The notes under the pieces: generated by a model
What the model saw: the letters and a program-made list of their open reading frames with translations, nothing else
The model's database searches: none
Told to the model about the DNA's origin: nothing
NCBI RefSeq assembly: GCF_001194135.2
Contig: NC_068994.1
Coordinates: 33,423,383 to 33,458,434, forward strand
Direction: 5' to 3'
Origin: Octopus bimaculoides
Lineage: Eukaryota
DNA: 35,052 nucleotides
In this document: one piece after another, positions 24,001 through 34,588 of the stretch
How positions within the stretch are numbered: the first letter of the stretch is position 1
Layout of the letters: the number at the start of each line of letters is the position of its first letter
Position numbers and translations under genes: made by a program

Positions 24001-24279
24001 ACACAACGTTTCTGCGTCCAGTGTCTCAGTTGTATAGATTTTGCCAGACTTTGAAACATTGAAGAGTTTCTTGTGGTCAAGGTTTTCGCTGTCTTGTAAT
24101 TGCTTGAATGTAATCAAGTTTTTACTGTTCCACGTCTGAACGGTGTTCATAAACTGAATATCGGCTGCTATGTCCCCGACAAGAGTGAACGGTTTTTGTC
24201 CTTCCCTCACCTGGTAGACCAGGTTTGCACACTGAGTAATTTCCAGAAACATCAGTATAAGACATGCAGACAGCATCAT
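12283..24279 (-). CDS. PCDH: Protocadherin gene model, join complement(24279..21874, 19928..19790, 12662..12283), about 974 aa: signal peptide, 6 EC domains, TM helix, cytoplasmic tail
   Basis: The large exon is unambiguous. Downstream exons have strong acceptors and compatible phases (0, then 1). The symbol is family-level only; orthology is unknown and there is no transcript evidence. Confidence 0.7.
14187..14618. mobile_element. Foldback/MITE-like element with about 185-bp inverted arms and a 50-bp spacer; partial second copy at 14851-14963
   Basis: 14187-14378 is a close reverse complement of about 14430-14618. The spacer and right arm recur at 14851-14963, next to a gap. Confidence 0.8.
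16086..16165. other. 80-nt hairpin (36-bp stem, 8-nt loop)
   Basis: 34 of 36 pairs are Watson-Crick; the two exceptions are A-C on + (G-U on -). Confidence 0.9.
16746..16928. mobile_element. 183-bp palindromic element (about 87-bp arms, 10-nt loop), MITE-like
   Basis: 16746-16832 is an imperfect reverse complement of 16843-16928. The ends are CAGTC...GACTG; no TSD was seen. Confidence 0.7.
17687..17905. repeat. (GATA)n/(GACA)n microsatellite region
   Basis: Read directly. Confidence 0.9.
18185..18300 (-). mobile_element. Degraded SINE tail fragment
   Basis: Weak match to the family tail seen at 4262-4390 (GAGCACC.CCTT...ATCGAT...GTACTTATTTTAT). Confidence 0.45.
19630..19715 (-). CDS. PCDH: Candidate proximal alternative terminal exon (VSFNRVSMGANHSLHCSSDNENKKDEPS*)
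   Basis: The acceptor is TAG at 19718-19716 with a branch-like CCTAAT about 20 nt upstream. The phase-1 frame is open for 27 codons to TAA. The pyrimidine tract is weak. Confidence 0.4.
19790..19928 (-). CDS. PCDH: Predicted exon 2 of the protocadherin (VCSQNDHGSDKEAAICAPYSELSLMYHTDEEQGFGTGDIAHYEELP)
   Basis: The acceptor TTTTTCTTTTTGTCTTTCTACAG|G is strong, and the phase-0 frame continues exon 1 without stops. It ends at a GC donor (CAG|GCAAGA, 19790/19789) or at an internal GT donor (ACA|GTGAGT, 19871/19870). Confidence 0.78.
19990..20220 (+). mobile_element. tRNA-derived SINE in intron 1, antisense to the gene
   Basis: Degenerate tRNA-like head (ACTGGTTAGGG...GATTTCGATTGCC), a TTGAGCAAG central motif and a body similar to 4500-4640. 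Confidence 0.65.
20278..20889. mobile_element. 612-bp MITE with long TIRs, an 8-bp TSD and a central (TTAGGG)n tract
   Basis: The terminal 37 bp or so are near-perfectly inverted (GGATCTTTTTTAAAACGGGGGCCACATTTTTCATTAA). The TSD GAAACCTT lies at 20270-20277 and 20890-20897. An internal perfect 20-bp inverted repeat is at 20439-20458/20703-20722. Confidence 0.9.
21874..24279 (-). CDS. PCDH: Protocadherin large coding exon (802 codons; the unspliced ORF continues to a stop at 21826)
   Basis: It has a hydrophobic signal peptide and six cadherin repeats with DxD and LDRE motifs. The linkers are DINDN, DENDN, NQQNN, DVNDV and DENDN. EC1 carries the protocadherin C-X5-C motif (C93/C99), and the TM helix spans about aa 691-715. 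It ends at a consensus phase-0 donor, GAG|GTAAGT. Confidence 0.95.
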
Positions 24280-24350
24280 AGTTTTTATTTCATATCTTCC
24301 GGTAATTGTAAAACGATTAGCAAATTATATGACATCATTTATGGGTGAAT

Positions 24351-24375
24351 CTGAAAAAGAAAATAAACGTAAATA
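24351..24375 (-). promoter_or_regulatory. 3' splice acceptor 71 nt upstream of the start codon (implies an upstream 5'-UTR exon)
   Basis: The minus strand reads TTTATTTTCTTTTTCAG|ATTCACC, so the exon would start at 24350. Confidence 0.65.
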
Positions 24376-25659
24376 TATATGCATACATATTTTCATACAT
24401 ATATAATCACACCCACGTGTGCGTACATGCATATTCAATCCCACCACACACACGTTTACTCACTCTCTCACTAAATCACATAAAGCTCGTAAAAGTGTAT
24501 GACTTAGTAGCGTGTACCACGTTTTCTCTAATACATTTATGTGTCTATGTAGTTGCCAGCAGATAGAAATACCGTGGGTTTTACTAAACGTGGTATTTTT
24601 CACCTGTGCATATTTGGCATCACATTTTCTATTCATTTACGCTATTTATGTCTAATGATAGAGATCATATAATGCATAATTTGATGATACAGAGCAGCAA
24701 CAACAAATTATGAATAGGAAAAGGCTTTAAATATAATATAATGATGAGTCAGTATATACGGAAAACATGTGTTTGCTTATGTCTGTGTATTGGTGAAATA
24801 TTGCGTTTACCAACGGAAAAGTACTCAATATAAGAGGCAGAGTTTGTTATTAGAATCTGAAGGTTCTGTAGTCGTTACTATGAGTATTCAAGCAATCAGA
24901 AAGGAAAAGCGGTGTAAAAATATTTCAGCCAAAATATTTGAAAAAGCATCCTGAAATATTATCAGTAATCCAAATTTCATTGACTGCGAGAAAAATCACA
25001 AGACGTTGTGTCATAACATTTATACATTTAATTATCTTACGAAGAACACGTGATATGTTCCCTATCCACATACACTAACTCATCATATCTTTATGCCTTA
25101 AGTTTTGTATGTGTAACGCACAGAAGCAAGTAAGGTACTTGTTTTTAGTGCAGGGCGTGATATTTGTCTCATTGAGTAATATAGAACCCAATTACAAAAT
25201 TCATCAATTTTAAGAAAATGACCACAATTGGTGAATTCTTGCGTCACTTCCATCAATATTTATCAGGAAATTCTCATATAAAAACTAGCGCAATAATATA
25301 TTTCTATATATGATGGAATTGCCGCCCCTTTAAAGATGACAATATACCGAAAAAAAAAACTCTTCAAAAGCATTGATTCATCAGCCCTAAAATGTCATTA
25401 GCAATAGCAAACTTTCTTGACATTGTGTGATTTACACATATGATACTAGAGATATGAATATATCGCACATTTTGCATGTAAATATATGAATATATCACAT
25501 GTTCAACGGATGATTGGTAACAAATCAAATTTCAATAAATGTCCATGTTTCGATGCTTTCGAATATATTTGCCGATATGCATACTTCATCTCATTCGTTA
25601 TTTGAATAGCCGACAACATGAAACTCAGTTAATAACCAGACGTTTCAGGTAATAACTAT

Positions 25660-25662
25660 GTA

Positions 25663-25724
<62 letters not shown>

Positions 25725-25793
25725 CATGTATGTATGCATGCATGTATGTATGTATGTATGTATGTATGTATGTATGTATGTATGTATGTATGT
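25660..25793. repeat. (GT)n/(TATG)n compound microsatellite
   Basis: Read directly. Confidence 0.92.
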
Positions 25794-26683
25794 AGGCTCG
25801 CAAGGAATGAAGCCAGTATGCTCCGATCGATGTGTAATGTCAGTGTGCATACTAGACAGAGTGTAAGTACCTTGAGAGAAAAGTTGAACCTAAGAAGCAT
25901 CAGTTGTGGTGTGCAAGAGAGACGATTGCGTTGGTATGGTCATGTGGCGTGAATGGACGAGGATAGCTGTGTGAAAAAGTGCCACACCCTAGCAGTGGAA
26001 GGAACCTGTGGAAGAGGTAGGTCCAGGAATACCTGGGATGAGGTGGTGGGGCAAGACCTTCGAACATTGGGCCTCCCCGAGGCGATGACTTCTGACCGAG
26101 ACCTTTGGAAATATGCTGTGCGTGAGAAGACCCGGCAAGCCAAGTGAGACCTAAATCTAAGGCCTTTGCCAGGAGTGTAGCCAGCCCACTTATGCGTACC
26201 TTTCCTTCATTGGACACTAAACTCCGCTTGCGAAGACCTGTTGAGGCAAGTGAAATCGAAATCGAACTAAATTCGACGACTGGCACCCATGCCAACGTCG
26301 TCTCCTTCATTGGACACGAAACTCAGCTTACGAAGACCTGTTGAGGCAAACGAAATCGTGATGGCACCTGTGCCCAGCGTCTTTTTCGAGCGAGATCGTT
26401 GCCAGTGCCCCTGGACTGGCTCTTGTGTGGTGGCACATAAAATACACCATTTTGAGCGTGGCCGTTGCCAGTATCGCCTGACTGGCCTTCGTGCCGGTGA
26501 CACGTAAAAGCACCTACTACACTCTCGGAGTGGTTGGTGTTAGGAAGGGCATCCAGCTGTAGAAACTCTGCCAAATCAGATTGGAGCCTGGTGTAGCCTT
26601 CGGGTTCCACCAGTCCTCAGTCAAATCGTCCAACCCATGCTAGCATGGAAAGCGGACGTTAAACGATGATGATGATGATGATA
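25794..26683 (+). mobile_element. 5'-truncated RTE-clade LINE: ORF C-terminus, 3'UTR and (GAT)n tail
   Basis: QERRLRWYGHVA*...GRGRSRNTWDEVV...DRDLWKYAV matches the RTE C-terminal motifs, with one internal stop. The 3'UTR has a 100-bp-period duplication (26203-26257/26303-26357) and ends GACGTTAAAC(GAT)n. Confidence 0.85.
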
Positions 26684-26844
26684 TATATACATAGATACAT
26701 ATATGTGTGTGTGTGAATTTGTGCGTATGCGGGTGTGTTCTTGAGTCTTTGTGATTGTGATTGTGATTGTCACCCCAACGCTTAATAACTGGTATTGATT
26801 TGTTTTAGCTCCGTAAACGGTTCGGCAAAAGAATGTGATAGAGT

Positions 26845-27231
26845 TGGCACTCCGTCGGTTACGACGACGAGGATTCCAGTTGATCTGATCAACGGAACAG
26901 CCTGCTTGTGAAATTAACGTGCAAGTGGCTGAGCAGTCCACAGACACGTGTACCCTTAACGTAGTCCTCGGGGGGAGATTCAGCGTGACACTGAGTGTGA
27001 CAAGGCTGGCCCTTTGAAATACAGGTACAACAGAAACAGGAAGTAAGAGTGAGAGAAAGTTGCGGTGAAAGAGTACAGCAGGGTTCGCCACCATCCCCTG
27101 CCGGAACCTCGTGGAGCTTTAGGTGTTTTCGCTCAATAATCAAACACTCACAACGCCCGGTCTGGGAATCGAAACTGCGATCCTACGACCGCGAGTCCGC
27201 TGCCCTAACCACTGGACCATTGCGCCTCCAC
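26845..27231 (-). mobile_element. Full-length tRNA-derived SINE with an 8-bp TSD, nested in an older SINE tail (about 26770-26844 and 27232-27360)
   Basis: The head is GTGGAGGCGCAATGGTCCAGTGG (A box) with GTTTCGATTCC (B box). GATAGAGT lies at 26837-26844 and 27232-27239. The flanks rejoin into the tail of the 32877-type SINE. Confidence 0.85.
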
Positions 27232-28461
27232 GATAGAGTAAGTATAGGGATTTTAAAATAACGTATGTACAGAGATCAATTTGTTCGACTTAAATCTTTC
27301 AGCGAGCTGCCTCGGCATGTCATCAGACCAAAGACTGAAACAAATAGAAGATTAATAAAAGAAGGAGACACGATGTTTTGTCCGTTGGCCCATATTCTTC
27401 GACAGGTTTCATCTTATGTATGCCAGAGAGTCTTCCTATCCTCTAAACGAGAGCGGAGAGGAGATTTAGTCGCCGACTGATCCGACTATGAGACTGTGTT
27501 TATACTGCCCAGAGAAATTCCTGGATAAAACACTTGAAAGTGTATGCTCTAGCAAGGCCGCAACACAATGTCTCAAACGAGTAAAAAACACTCTTCTAGC
27601 TGTCAATATCATTGGAAACACACTTGTCAACCTTTGTTTTCGTCTCTGATTTCATTAACCTATAGACTAGAACTAAAGAAGGAAAGCTGCGTAAAAATTA
27701 GCGAAGGAACGTGGTTAAATTAGATGACAACCGATAAGGATTCTAATATCTGGTGCAATCGCGTCATTACGACGATGCAGAATTATTCCTTTGTTAAATT
27801 CGTTTGTAATTATCTTACTCCCCATCCTATTTCATAACAAGACGAAATAAAATATTAATATGTATTATATTTATTAAGAGCGGTGGATTAGCAGAGACAG
27901 GAGAATGATTCGATAAATAAGGAATGATAAACTAAATACTACACTAAATAACGGGATCGATATAACTGAGTAAAAGTCCTGCTTTTAATTTTTCTTTTCT
28001 TTTGAAACTGTCGGATATGATTTAAGAGAGATATGTTTTGGCTGCTATTACTTCGACAACATGTGACAGCGGAGAGACGTTCTTCGTTTGTTTAAGAAAC
28101 CTGTTGATTAATTAGGAATTAAGAGGAAAAACGAGGTGAAGGTAAAAATAAGGTAAGGTTGCTCTGATGTTCTGTTCAAGCTTTTTGTCTTTCTAATGCA
28201 TACATTAATTTCTCTGCATTCCGCCGCAGCCGCTGCCTCTACCACCACGATGACGACGACGGCGATCACGACAACGACTGCCGCCGCCGCCGCCGCCATC
28301 ACCGATATTGTGCTGGATTGTAGCATTCATTTTGTTTTTGTCACATAATTGAAGCAGACTCCCAATTGGCAACAAGAAGGAAACTAAATGTTGGACAACG
28401 TCGAAGACGCAATTAACCGCGGATTTATCGTTCTATCACAGCTCTGAGCAGCAATTTTAAT

Positions 28462-28494
<33 letters not shown>

Positions 28495-29255
28495 AATATG
28501 TGAAGGCTTTTTTTTTGTTTTTGATTAGGACAAATCATTCGCCATCTGTGTGACTGTTTTACATATAAGAATTTCAGAATGACCAATATTATTTAAAAGA
28601 TAGTAATGACAATGGGGGACCTGAATGGTGGAAAAGAAAAGAAAAGAAACAAATAAATAAATATTCGAAACGAAACAACAAAGAAATAAATAAATAGACA
28701 AAGAATTAAATAGATAAACAAGTAAAACTAATACATAAGAGGATAAGGATACGAATAAACAGAAATGAGAAAACATTAAAGTGAAAGTAGAGAAGAGAAT
28801 ATATTAATGTTTTAAGCGTTTTCAGTCGCCATATTTGCGATCAGATAAGAACATCATTAGAATTTTTAGCTTAAAAGTGCATTAAAGACAGCCATGTTGA
28901 ACGTCCAGGAAAAAGGTGATGACCTTGTCGCTGTGAACAAATATTAAAACTGTTGTCATGCGCATAGCAGGACAACAGATTTTAATTGAGACCAGAGTGA
29001 GAGATAGGGAGGATAATAATATACAGATACAAAACAAACATTAATACTCATCCCTCCCTCCCTCCCTCTGTCTCTCCATCCATCCATTTACCCATCCATT
29101 CATGCATGCATCCATTCATGTATGCATGCATGCATGCATGCATGCATCAGTCCCTATGTATACGCATACATAAATGTGATAAGTGCTAACGCACGAAACT
29201 CTCGGCCCTTGAGTCACTCTGTAACTTCTCCTAAATAACAATAATAATAATAATA

Positions 29256-29311
<56 letters not shown>

Positions 29312-29868
29312 AAATGCCCTGATGCAGTACCAGGCACTAGCTCACAATGGTTCTGATCTTAACTGATTGGAGGTGTTATCGTGTATGTGTTTTGTATTGG
29401 TATAAAAAGATGGGCTACAGCAAATATTCTGCTCAATACCACAGATTTCCTTATCAATTGTTTGACCATAACAATTTGAGCATGTCCCTTGCTGACTGAA
29501 GATACGTGTGGAAGTAGTCGGAGGGCATCATAGCCATGTGTTGAGAGGAATTTTTTAGGGTTTGAATAATTCACCGCTGGAAACATGGGTGTTTCGTTTA
29601 ACATCCTTAAATAACCCTTATTCAGGGATCTTTTGAACAGGATTGGCTACCCGACCTGAATAAAATTTTAGCTGGACCCTACCTGCAAGGTCCTGCGCTG
29701 TTTATCTTGATCACCATGTCACACACATATGTTTGTGATGCATGTGCCTGGTGCACCCTTATCAGACGGGTTGTCATAATGGGTATACTTTGTATATTTG
29801 TACCCCAGTGTCACTTTGATGGCATGCACTGCTCTCTCACTCAACAACAACAACAACAACAACAACAA

Positions 29869-30350
29869 AAGCTATAAATACCTTGGCATAATAGAGTTCA
29901 ACGAGATAATGGAGAAGGAAATGAAGGAGCAACTGAGGATGGAATATTTCCGAAGACTAAGGTTGGTGTTGCGCTCAAAATTGACCGGATGGAATAAAAT
30001 CCAAGCACTTAATACGTGGGTGATAGCGTCACTTCGGTACGAAGCTGGAATTATAAAATAGCGAAAGAGAGAAGTGATGAAATTGTATTCAAAAACAAGA
30101 AAAATGTTGACAGTACACGGAGCCTTGCATCCTAAAAGTGACACCAATAGGCTGTACTTGTCCGGAAGAAAGGATGAGAGAGAATTGATCAGTAACCAGG
30201 ATCGTATCGAAGCAGAGGAAAACAGCTTAGTGTGGTATATAAAAATGCCGTGGAGCCTTTGTTGAAACATACGAAGAAGGCCGGCGTCATCAAAACGGAG
30301 AATTGTGTAACTAGAAGCTTTATTTAGCACATCAATCGTTTCGGCTGCCT
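29869..30350 (+). mobile_element. R4/Dong-clade LINE fragment (RT thumb region), degraded
   Basis: SYKYLGI...LRSKLTGWNKIQALNTW...LRYEAGII*...TRKMLTVHGALHPKSDTNRLYL; it begins right after a (CAA)n array. Confidence 0.8.
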
Positions 30351-30856
30351 TCTGCACTGTTCCCTTGTAGGTGGGGAAAGATGTAATGACATCAGATGCA
30401 TCTCACAGTGCAGAGATCCTCATCAGGTGACGTAATATGCTTCAAAAGTCATAAGATTTACATTTCGCTCCAAGTTAGAAGCTGGTGTTATCACGGTGTG
30501 TTGCTAGTAGTTCACACACGTTGGTGAAATGAGAATACTTGTGATCAAGAAGTGGTTGATAAGAAAAAAATACAATGAATCTAATGTAAATTGGGGGAAG
30601 CGTGTGTGTTTATATTGTGGTCAGGAAGTGGTTGACAAAAAATATAAAATACAAAAAGTTTAATGTAAATGGCGGTGGTGATTATGGCTTTACACTCTTC
30701 CATTTGCATTAGACTCTTTGTATTTTATTATACAAAGCACATTCAATACATTGAAAATAAGAACACCATAACAAACCAGAGCACATACTCAAGTTACACA
30801 GGGCTGCGGTTGGTAGTGCAGAGAAAGCACGTGATAAAAATAAGACCACTGAATAA

Positions 30857-30888
30857 TAATTATAATGATGATGATGATGATGATGATG

Positions 30889-30964
<76 letters not shown>

Positions 30965-30972
30965 TAATCATA
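30857..30972. repeat. (GAT)n/(AAT)n microsatellite
   Basis: Read directly. Confidence 0.95.
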
Positions 30973-30974
30973 AT

Positions 30975-31690
30975 TATTTCAGTGCTGATATCAGAATGGA
31001 GTTCGGACTGAAAAAATGTGGTATGTTAGTCTTGAAGAGAGGCAAAATTAAATGTATGGACGGGTTAGCGATACCGTCGGGGGAGGTTATGAAGCAAATA
31101 GAAGAGACGGGCTATAAGTACTCGTAGATTTTGGAAATGGATAAATTGATGCTGAAAAAAAATGACAGAAAAATTTAAGGTAGAGTACTTGCGCAAACTG
31201 AGACTGATCCTTAAGTCGAAATTAAACGGACGGAATAAGATTGAAGCTATCAATACCTGGGTGGTTTCACTCCTTAGATATGGAGCAATAGACGAACTAA
31301 ACGGTGTAGACAGAAAGACAAGGAAGTTGCTGACTAGATATGGGATACTCCACTCAAAAAGTGACACAGACAAACTGTTTGTATCAAGAAAAAGAGGGGA
31401 AGAGGACTGATTGGATGTGAACATAGCATTAAAGTAGAAGAAAACAACATAGCATGGTATATAAAAATGACTCAGAACAGCTATTATTGGAAGTAAAGAG
31501 GTCAGGCTTGTGTAGGATGGAAGATTGCAAAGATAAAGCACTGTACAAACACTTGAGAATGAATGAAACTGAAAAGAATGCATGGACAATATCATAGAGA
31601 TGTTGAAGATAAGACAGAGAAAAATGATGGCTATGGATGACTAAAAGGGATTTAAAACCGGAAACGGAGGCTCTAATCTGTGCTACCCTA
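30975..31690 (+). mobile_element. R4/Dong-clade LINE fragment, degraded
   Basis: DIRMEFGLKKC...GYKY...KSKLNGRNKIEAINTW...LLRYGA...HSKSDTDKLFVSRK...KPETEALICA, with frameshifts and stops; it begins right after the (AAT)n array. Confidence 0.85.
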
Positions 31691-32125
31691 CATACATACA
31701 TATTTACATATATATACATATATATANNNNNNNNNNNNNNNNNNNNNNNNNNNNNNNNNNNNNNNNNNNNNNNNNNNNNNNNNNNNNNNNNNNNNNNNNN
31801 NNNNNNNNNNNNNNNNNNNNNNNNNNNNNNNNNNNNNNNNNNNNNNNNNNNNNNNNNNNNNNNNNNNNNNNNNNNNNNNNNNNNNNNNNNNNNNNNNNNN
31901 NNNNNNNNNNNNNNNNNNNNNNNNNNNNNNNNNNNNNNNNNNNNNNNNNNNNNNNNNNNNNNNNNNNNNNNNNNNNNNNNNNNNNNNNNNNNNNNNNNNN
32001 NNNNNNNNNNNNNNNNNNNNNNNNNNNNNNNNNNNNNNNNNNNNNNNNNNNNNNNNNNNNNNNNNNNNNNNNNNNNNNNNNNNNNNNNNNNNNNNNNNNN
32101 NNNNNNNNNNNNNNNNNNNNNNNNN

Positions 32126-32165
<40 letters not shown>

Positions 32166-32166
<1 letters not shown>

Positions 32167-32292
32167 GTTCAAATTTACAGAAAACAAAAGACGAAGATAA
32201 GTGTAGGAACAACAAGCAGGTGTATTACTTTAGCGCTCTGGAAAAATTGGAAAGTCTTTTACGTTTCGAGACAACGCTCTGCGACAGGAAGA
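32166..32292 (-). repeat. Second copy of the hammerhead-like interspersed repeat
   Basis: The minus strand reads CTGTCGC-A-GAG(CGTTGT)CTC-GAAA-CGTA-AAAGAC, followed by a tail matching 10364-10430. Confidence 0.55.
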
Positions 32293-32377
32293 ATTAAGAT
32301 GAAAAACAAAACGGAGAGAGAATAAAAAAAGTGGAGAGAGAAAAAATTGTGTAGAGTTTAACGGTTCAACATAGTGC

Positions 32378-32420
<43 letters not shown>

Positions 32421-32444
32421 CGCGAGCGAATGTGTGTGTTTCTC

Positions 32445-32645
32445 TTCGTGCCTGGGTTTGTGCCTCCACCGCTCGGCAACCGGTGTCGTGTCGTTTATAT
32501 CCCAAAAGAGAAAACGCTAGAATAAGTAGCTGCCTTAAAAGAAAAACCTAAATACTGGAATCGATTTGCTCGATTAAAACATTTCTAGGTGCTACCCCAG
32601 CATGGCCGCAATGCAGTGACTGAAACGAGCGAAAGATAAAAGATA
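32445..32645 (+). mobile_element. SINE 3' tail fragment (32877-type family)
   Basis: Contains GCAACCGGTG, TAGAATAAGTA, ATCGATTTGCTCGA, CAGCATGGCCGCA and GACTGAAAC, matching the family tail. Confidence 0.6.
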
Positions 32646-32877
32646 TCCAATGATAAGGTTTGATGTAGATATGCGATGATAATGTAGACATATATACTAT
32701 GATAACCTTTGTGGAGACATGATAATAACCTCTCGTGATGATACACCGTGATATGGTTGATGAGGACAAATTGTGACACACTCCCGTTCTCTTGGAATGC
32801 GATAGACTAGTATCTGAATCAACAACCCTGTAAATCTTAAATGATAAGCAACAACTTAATCTTAATCTTAAATGATA

Positions 32878-33194
32878 GGCGCAGGAGTGGCTATGTGGTA
32901 ATTAGCTTGCTTACCAACCATATGGTTCCGGGTTCAGTCTCACAGCATGGCACCTTGGGCAAGTGTCTTCTAGTATAGCCTCGGGCAGACCAAAGCCTTG
33001 TGAGTGGATATGGTAGACGGAAACTGAAAGAAGCCCGTCGTATATATGTATGTGTGTGTATATGTTTGTGTGTCTGTGTTTGTCCCCCCAACATCGCTTG
33101 ACAACCGATGCTGGTGTGTTTACGTGCCCGTAACTTAGCGGTTCGGCAAAAGTGCCTGATAGAATAGGTACTAGGCTTACAAAGAATAAGTCCC
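32878..33194 (+). mobile_element. tRNA-derived SINE, truncated by a gap
   Basis: The head is AGTGGCTATGTGG with a B-box-like GGGTTCAGTC, then CACCTTGGGCAAGTGTCTTCTA, an internal (TA/TG)n tract and a tail matching 4262-4470. Confidence 0.85.
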
Positions 33195-33929
33195 NNNNNN
33201 NNNNNNNNNNNNNNNNNNNNNNNNNNNNNNNNNNNNNNNNNNNNNNNNNNNNNNNNNNNNNNNNNNNNNNNNNNNNNNNNNNNNNNNNNNNNNNNNNNNN
33301 NNNNNNNNNNNNNNNNNNNNNNNNNNNNNNNNNNNNNNNNNNNNNNNNNNNNNNNNNNNNNNNNNNNNNNNNNNNNNNNNNNNNNNNNNNNNNNNNNNNN
33401 NNNNNNNNNNNNNNNNNNNNNNNNNNNNNNNNNNNNNNNNNNNNNNNNNNNNNNNNNNNNNNNNNNNNNNNNNNNNNNNNNNNNNNNNNNNNNNNNNNNN
33501 NNNNNNNNNNNNNNNNNNNNNNNNNNNNNNNNNNNNNNNNNNNNNNNNNNNNNNNNNNNNNNNNNNNNNNNNNNNNNNNNNNNNNNNNNNNNNNNNNNNN
33601 NNNNNNNNNNNNNNNNNNNNNNNNNNNNNNNNNNNNNNNNNNNNNNNNNNNNNNNNNNNNNNNNNNNNNNNNNNNNNNNNNNNNNNNNNNNNNNNNNNNN
33701 NNNNNNNNNNNNNNNNNNNNNNNNNNNNNNNNNNNNNNNNNNNNNNNNNNNNNNNNNNNNNNNNNNNNNNNNNNNNNNNNNNNNNNNNNNNNNNNNNNNN
33801 NNNNNNNNNNNNNNNNNNNNNNNNNNNNNNNNNNNNNNNNNNNNNNNNNNNNNNNNNNNNNNNNNNNNNNNNNNNNNNNNNNNNNNNNNNNNNNNNNNNN
33901 NNNNNNNNNNNNNNNNNNNNNNNNNNNNN

Positions 33930-34180
33930 TTAAAAATCAAGGAAAATAATCCAGAATCCTTGTCCGATACCGGATCGATACTAAAATCTAATCGGTTCGA
34001 GCCAATCACGAGGTCAAACATTCCTGAAAGTTTCATCCGAATCCATCCAGTGGTTCTTGAGATGTCTTGTCCTGAGGCAAACAAACAAACAAACAAACAA
34101 ACAAACAAACAAACAAACAAACAAACAAACACGGCTGAAAAGAATATCTCTGCCTTGGCTAAGGTGGCGGTAATAATGCC
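33930..34180 (-). mobile_element. Non-autonomous element with an internal (AAAC)n array; Helentron/DINE-1-like architecture suspected
   Basis: A GC-rich terminal segment, then (TTTG)n at 34079-34130, then GGATTCGGATGAAACTTTCAGG and GATTAGATTTT...GATCCGG. The class assignment rests on recalled architecture only. Confidence 0.4.
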
Positions 34181-34262
34181 AATAATAATAGCAGAAACGA
34201 TAATGAAAGCAAAACGGGATGGACAGCAAGAGGAACAAAAACAAAAACAACAACAACAACAA

Positions 34263-34303
<41 letters not shown>

Positions 34304-34423
34304 GCAACAATAACTTAAGCGACAAGAACAATAACAATATAAACCACATAAAAAATGGCAATAGCATATACAACAAAAAACTACTAAAGAACGAAAACAA
34401 TAGCGACAACAACAAAATCAATA

Positions 34424-34588
34424 GGCGTGGCTGTGAGCTAAGAGGCTTGCTTCCCAACCAAATGACTCTGGATTCAGTCCCATTGCGTGACACCATGGGC
34501 AGTTGTTTTCTACTATAGCCTCAGGCCAACCAACGCCTTGTGAATGGATTTTGCCGAGGGGAAACTGAAAGAAGCCCGTCGCATATAT
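34424..34588 (+). mobile_element. SINE 5' part (32877-type), ending at its (AT)n tract where the inverted-repeat element begins
   Basis: Aligns by eye with 32885-33045. Confidence 0.8.

Noticed and set aside
21810-24348. Plus-strand ORFs overlapping the protocadherin (21810, 22481, 23080, 24100)
   Set aside because: Short antisense frames with no recognisable motifs, expected by chance opposite a long CDS.
25030-25260. Possible upstream 5'UTR exon and promoter (minus-strand C|GTAAGA near 25040; CRE/CCAAT-like words near 25225-25250)
   Set aside because: Such short motifs are common by chance and nothing in the sequence links them to the 24350 acceptor.
27150-27231. tRNA gene
   Set aside because: A and B boxes are present but the acceptor stem does not close, and it continues into a SINE body with a TSD. 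It is a SINE head.
30385-30435. Minus-strand CTGATGA-GGATCTC...GAGAT
   Set aside because: A stem II is plausible but the GAAA and stem III are absent; at most a decayed relic.
1634-34132. Long ORF-track entries made of X runs (e.g. 1634..2491, 3314..4312, 11057..11959, 13058..13966, 14921..15880, 32891..34132)
   Set aside because: They are open only because they cross N gaps; the flanking residues are microsatellite translations.
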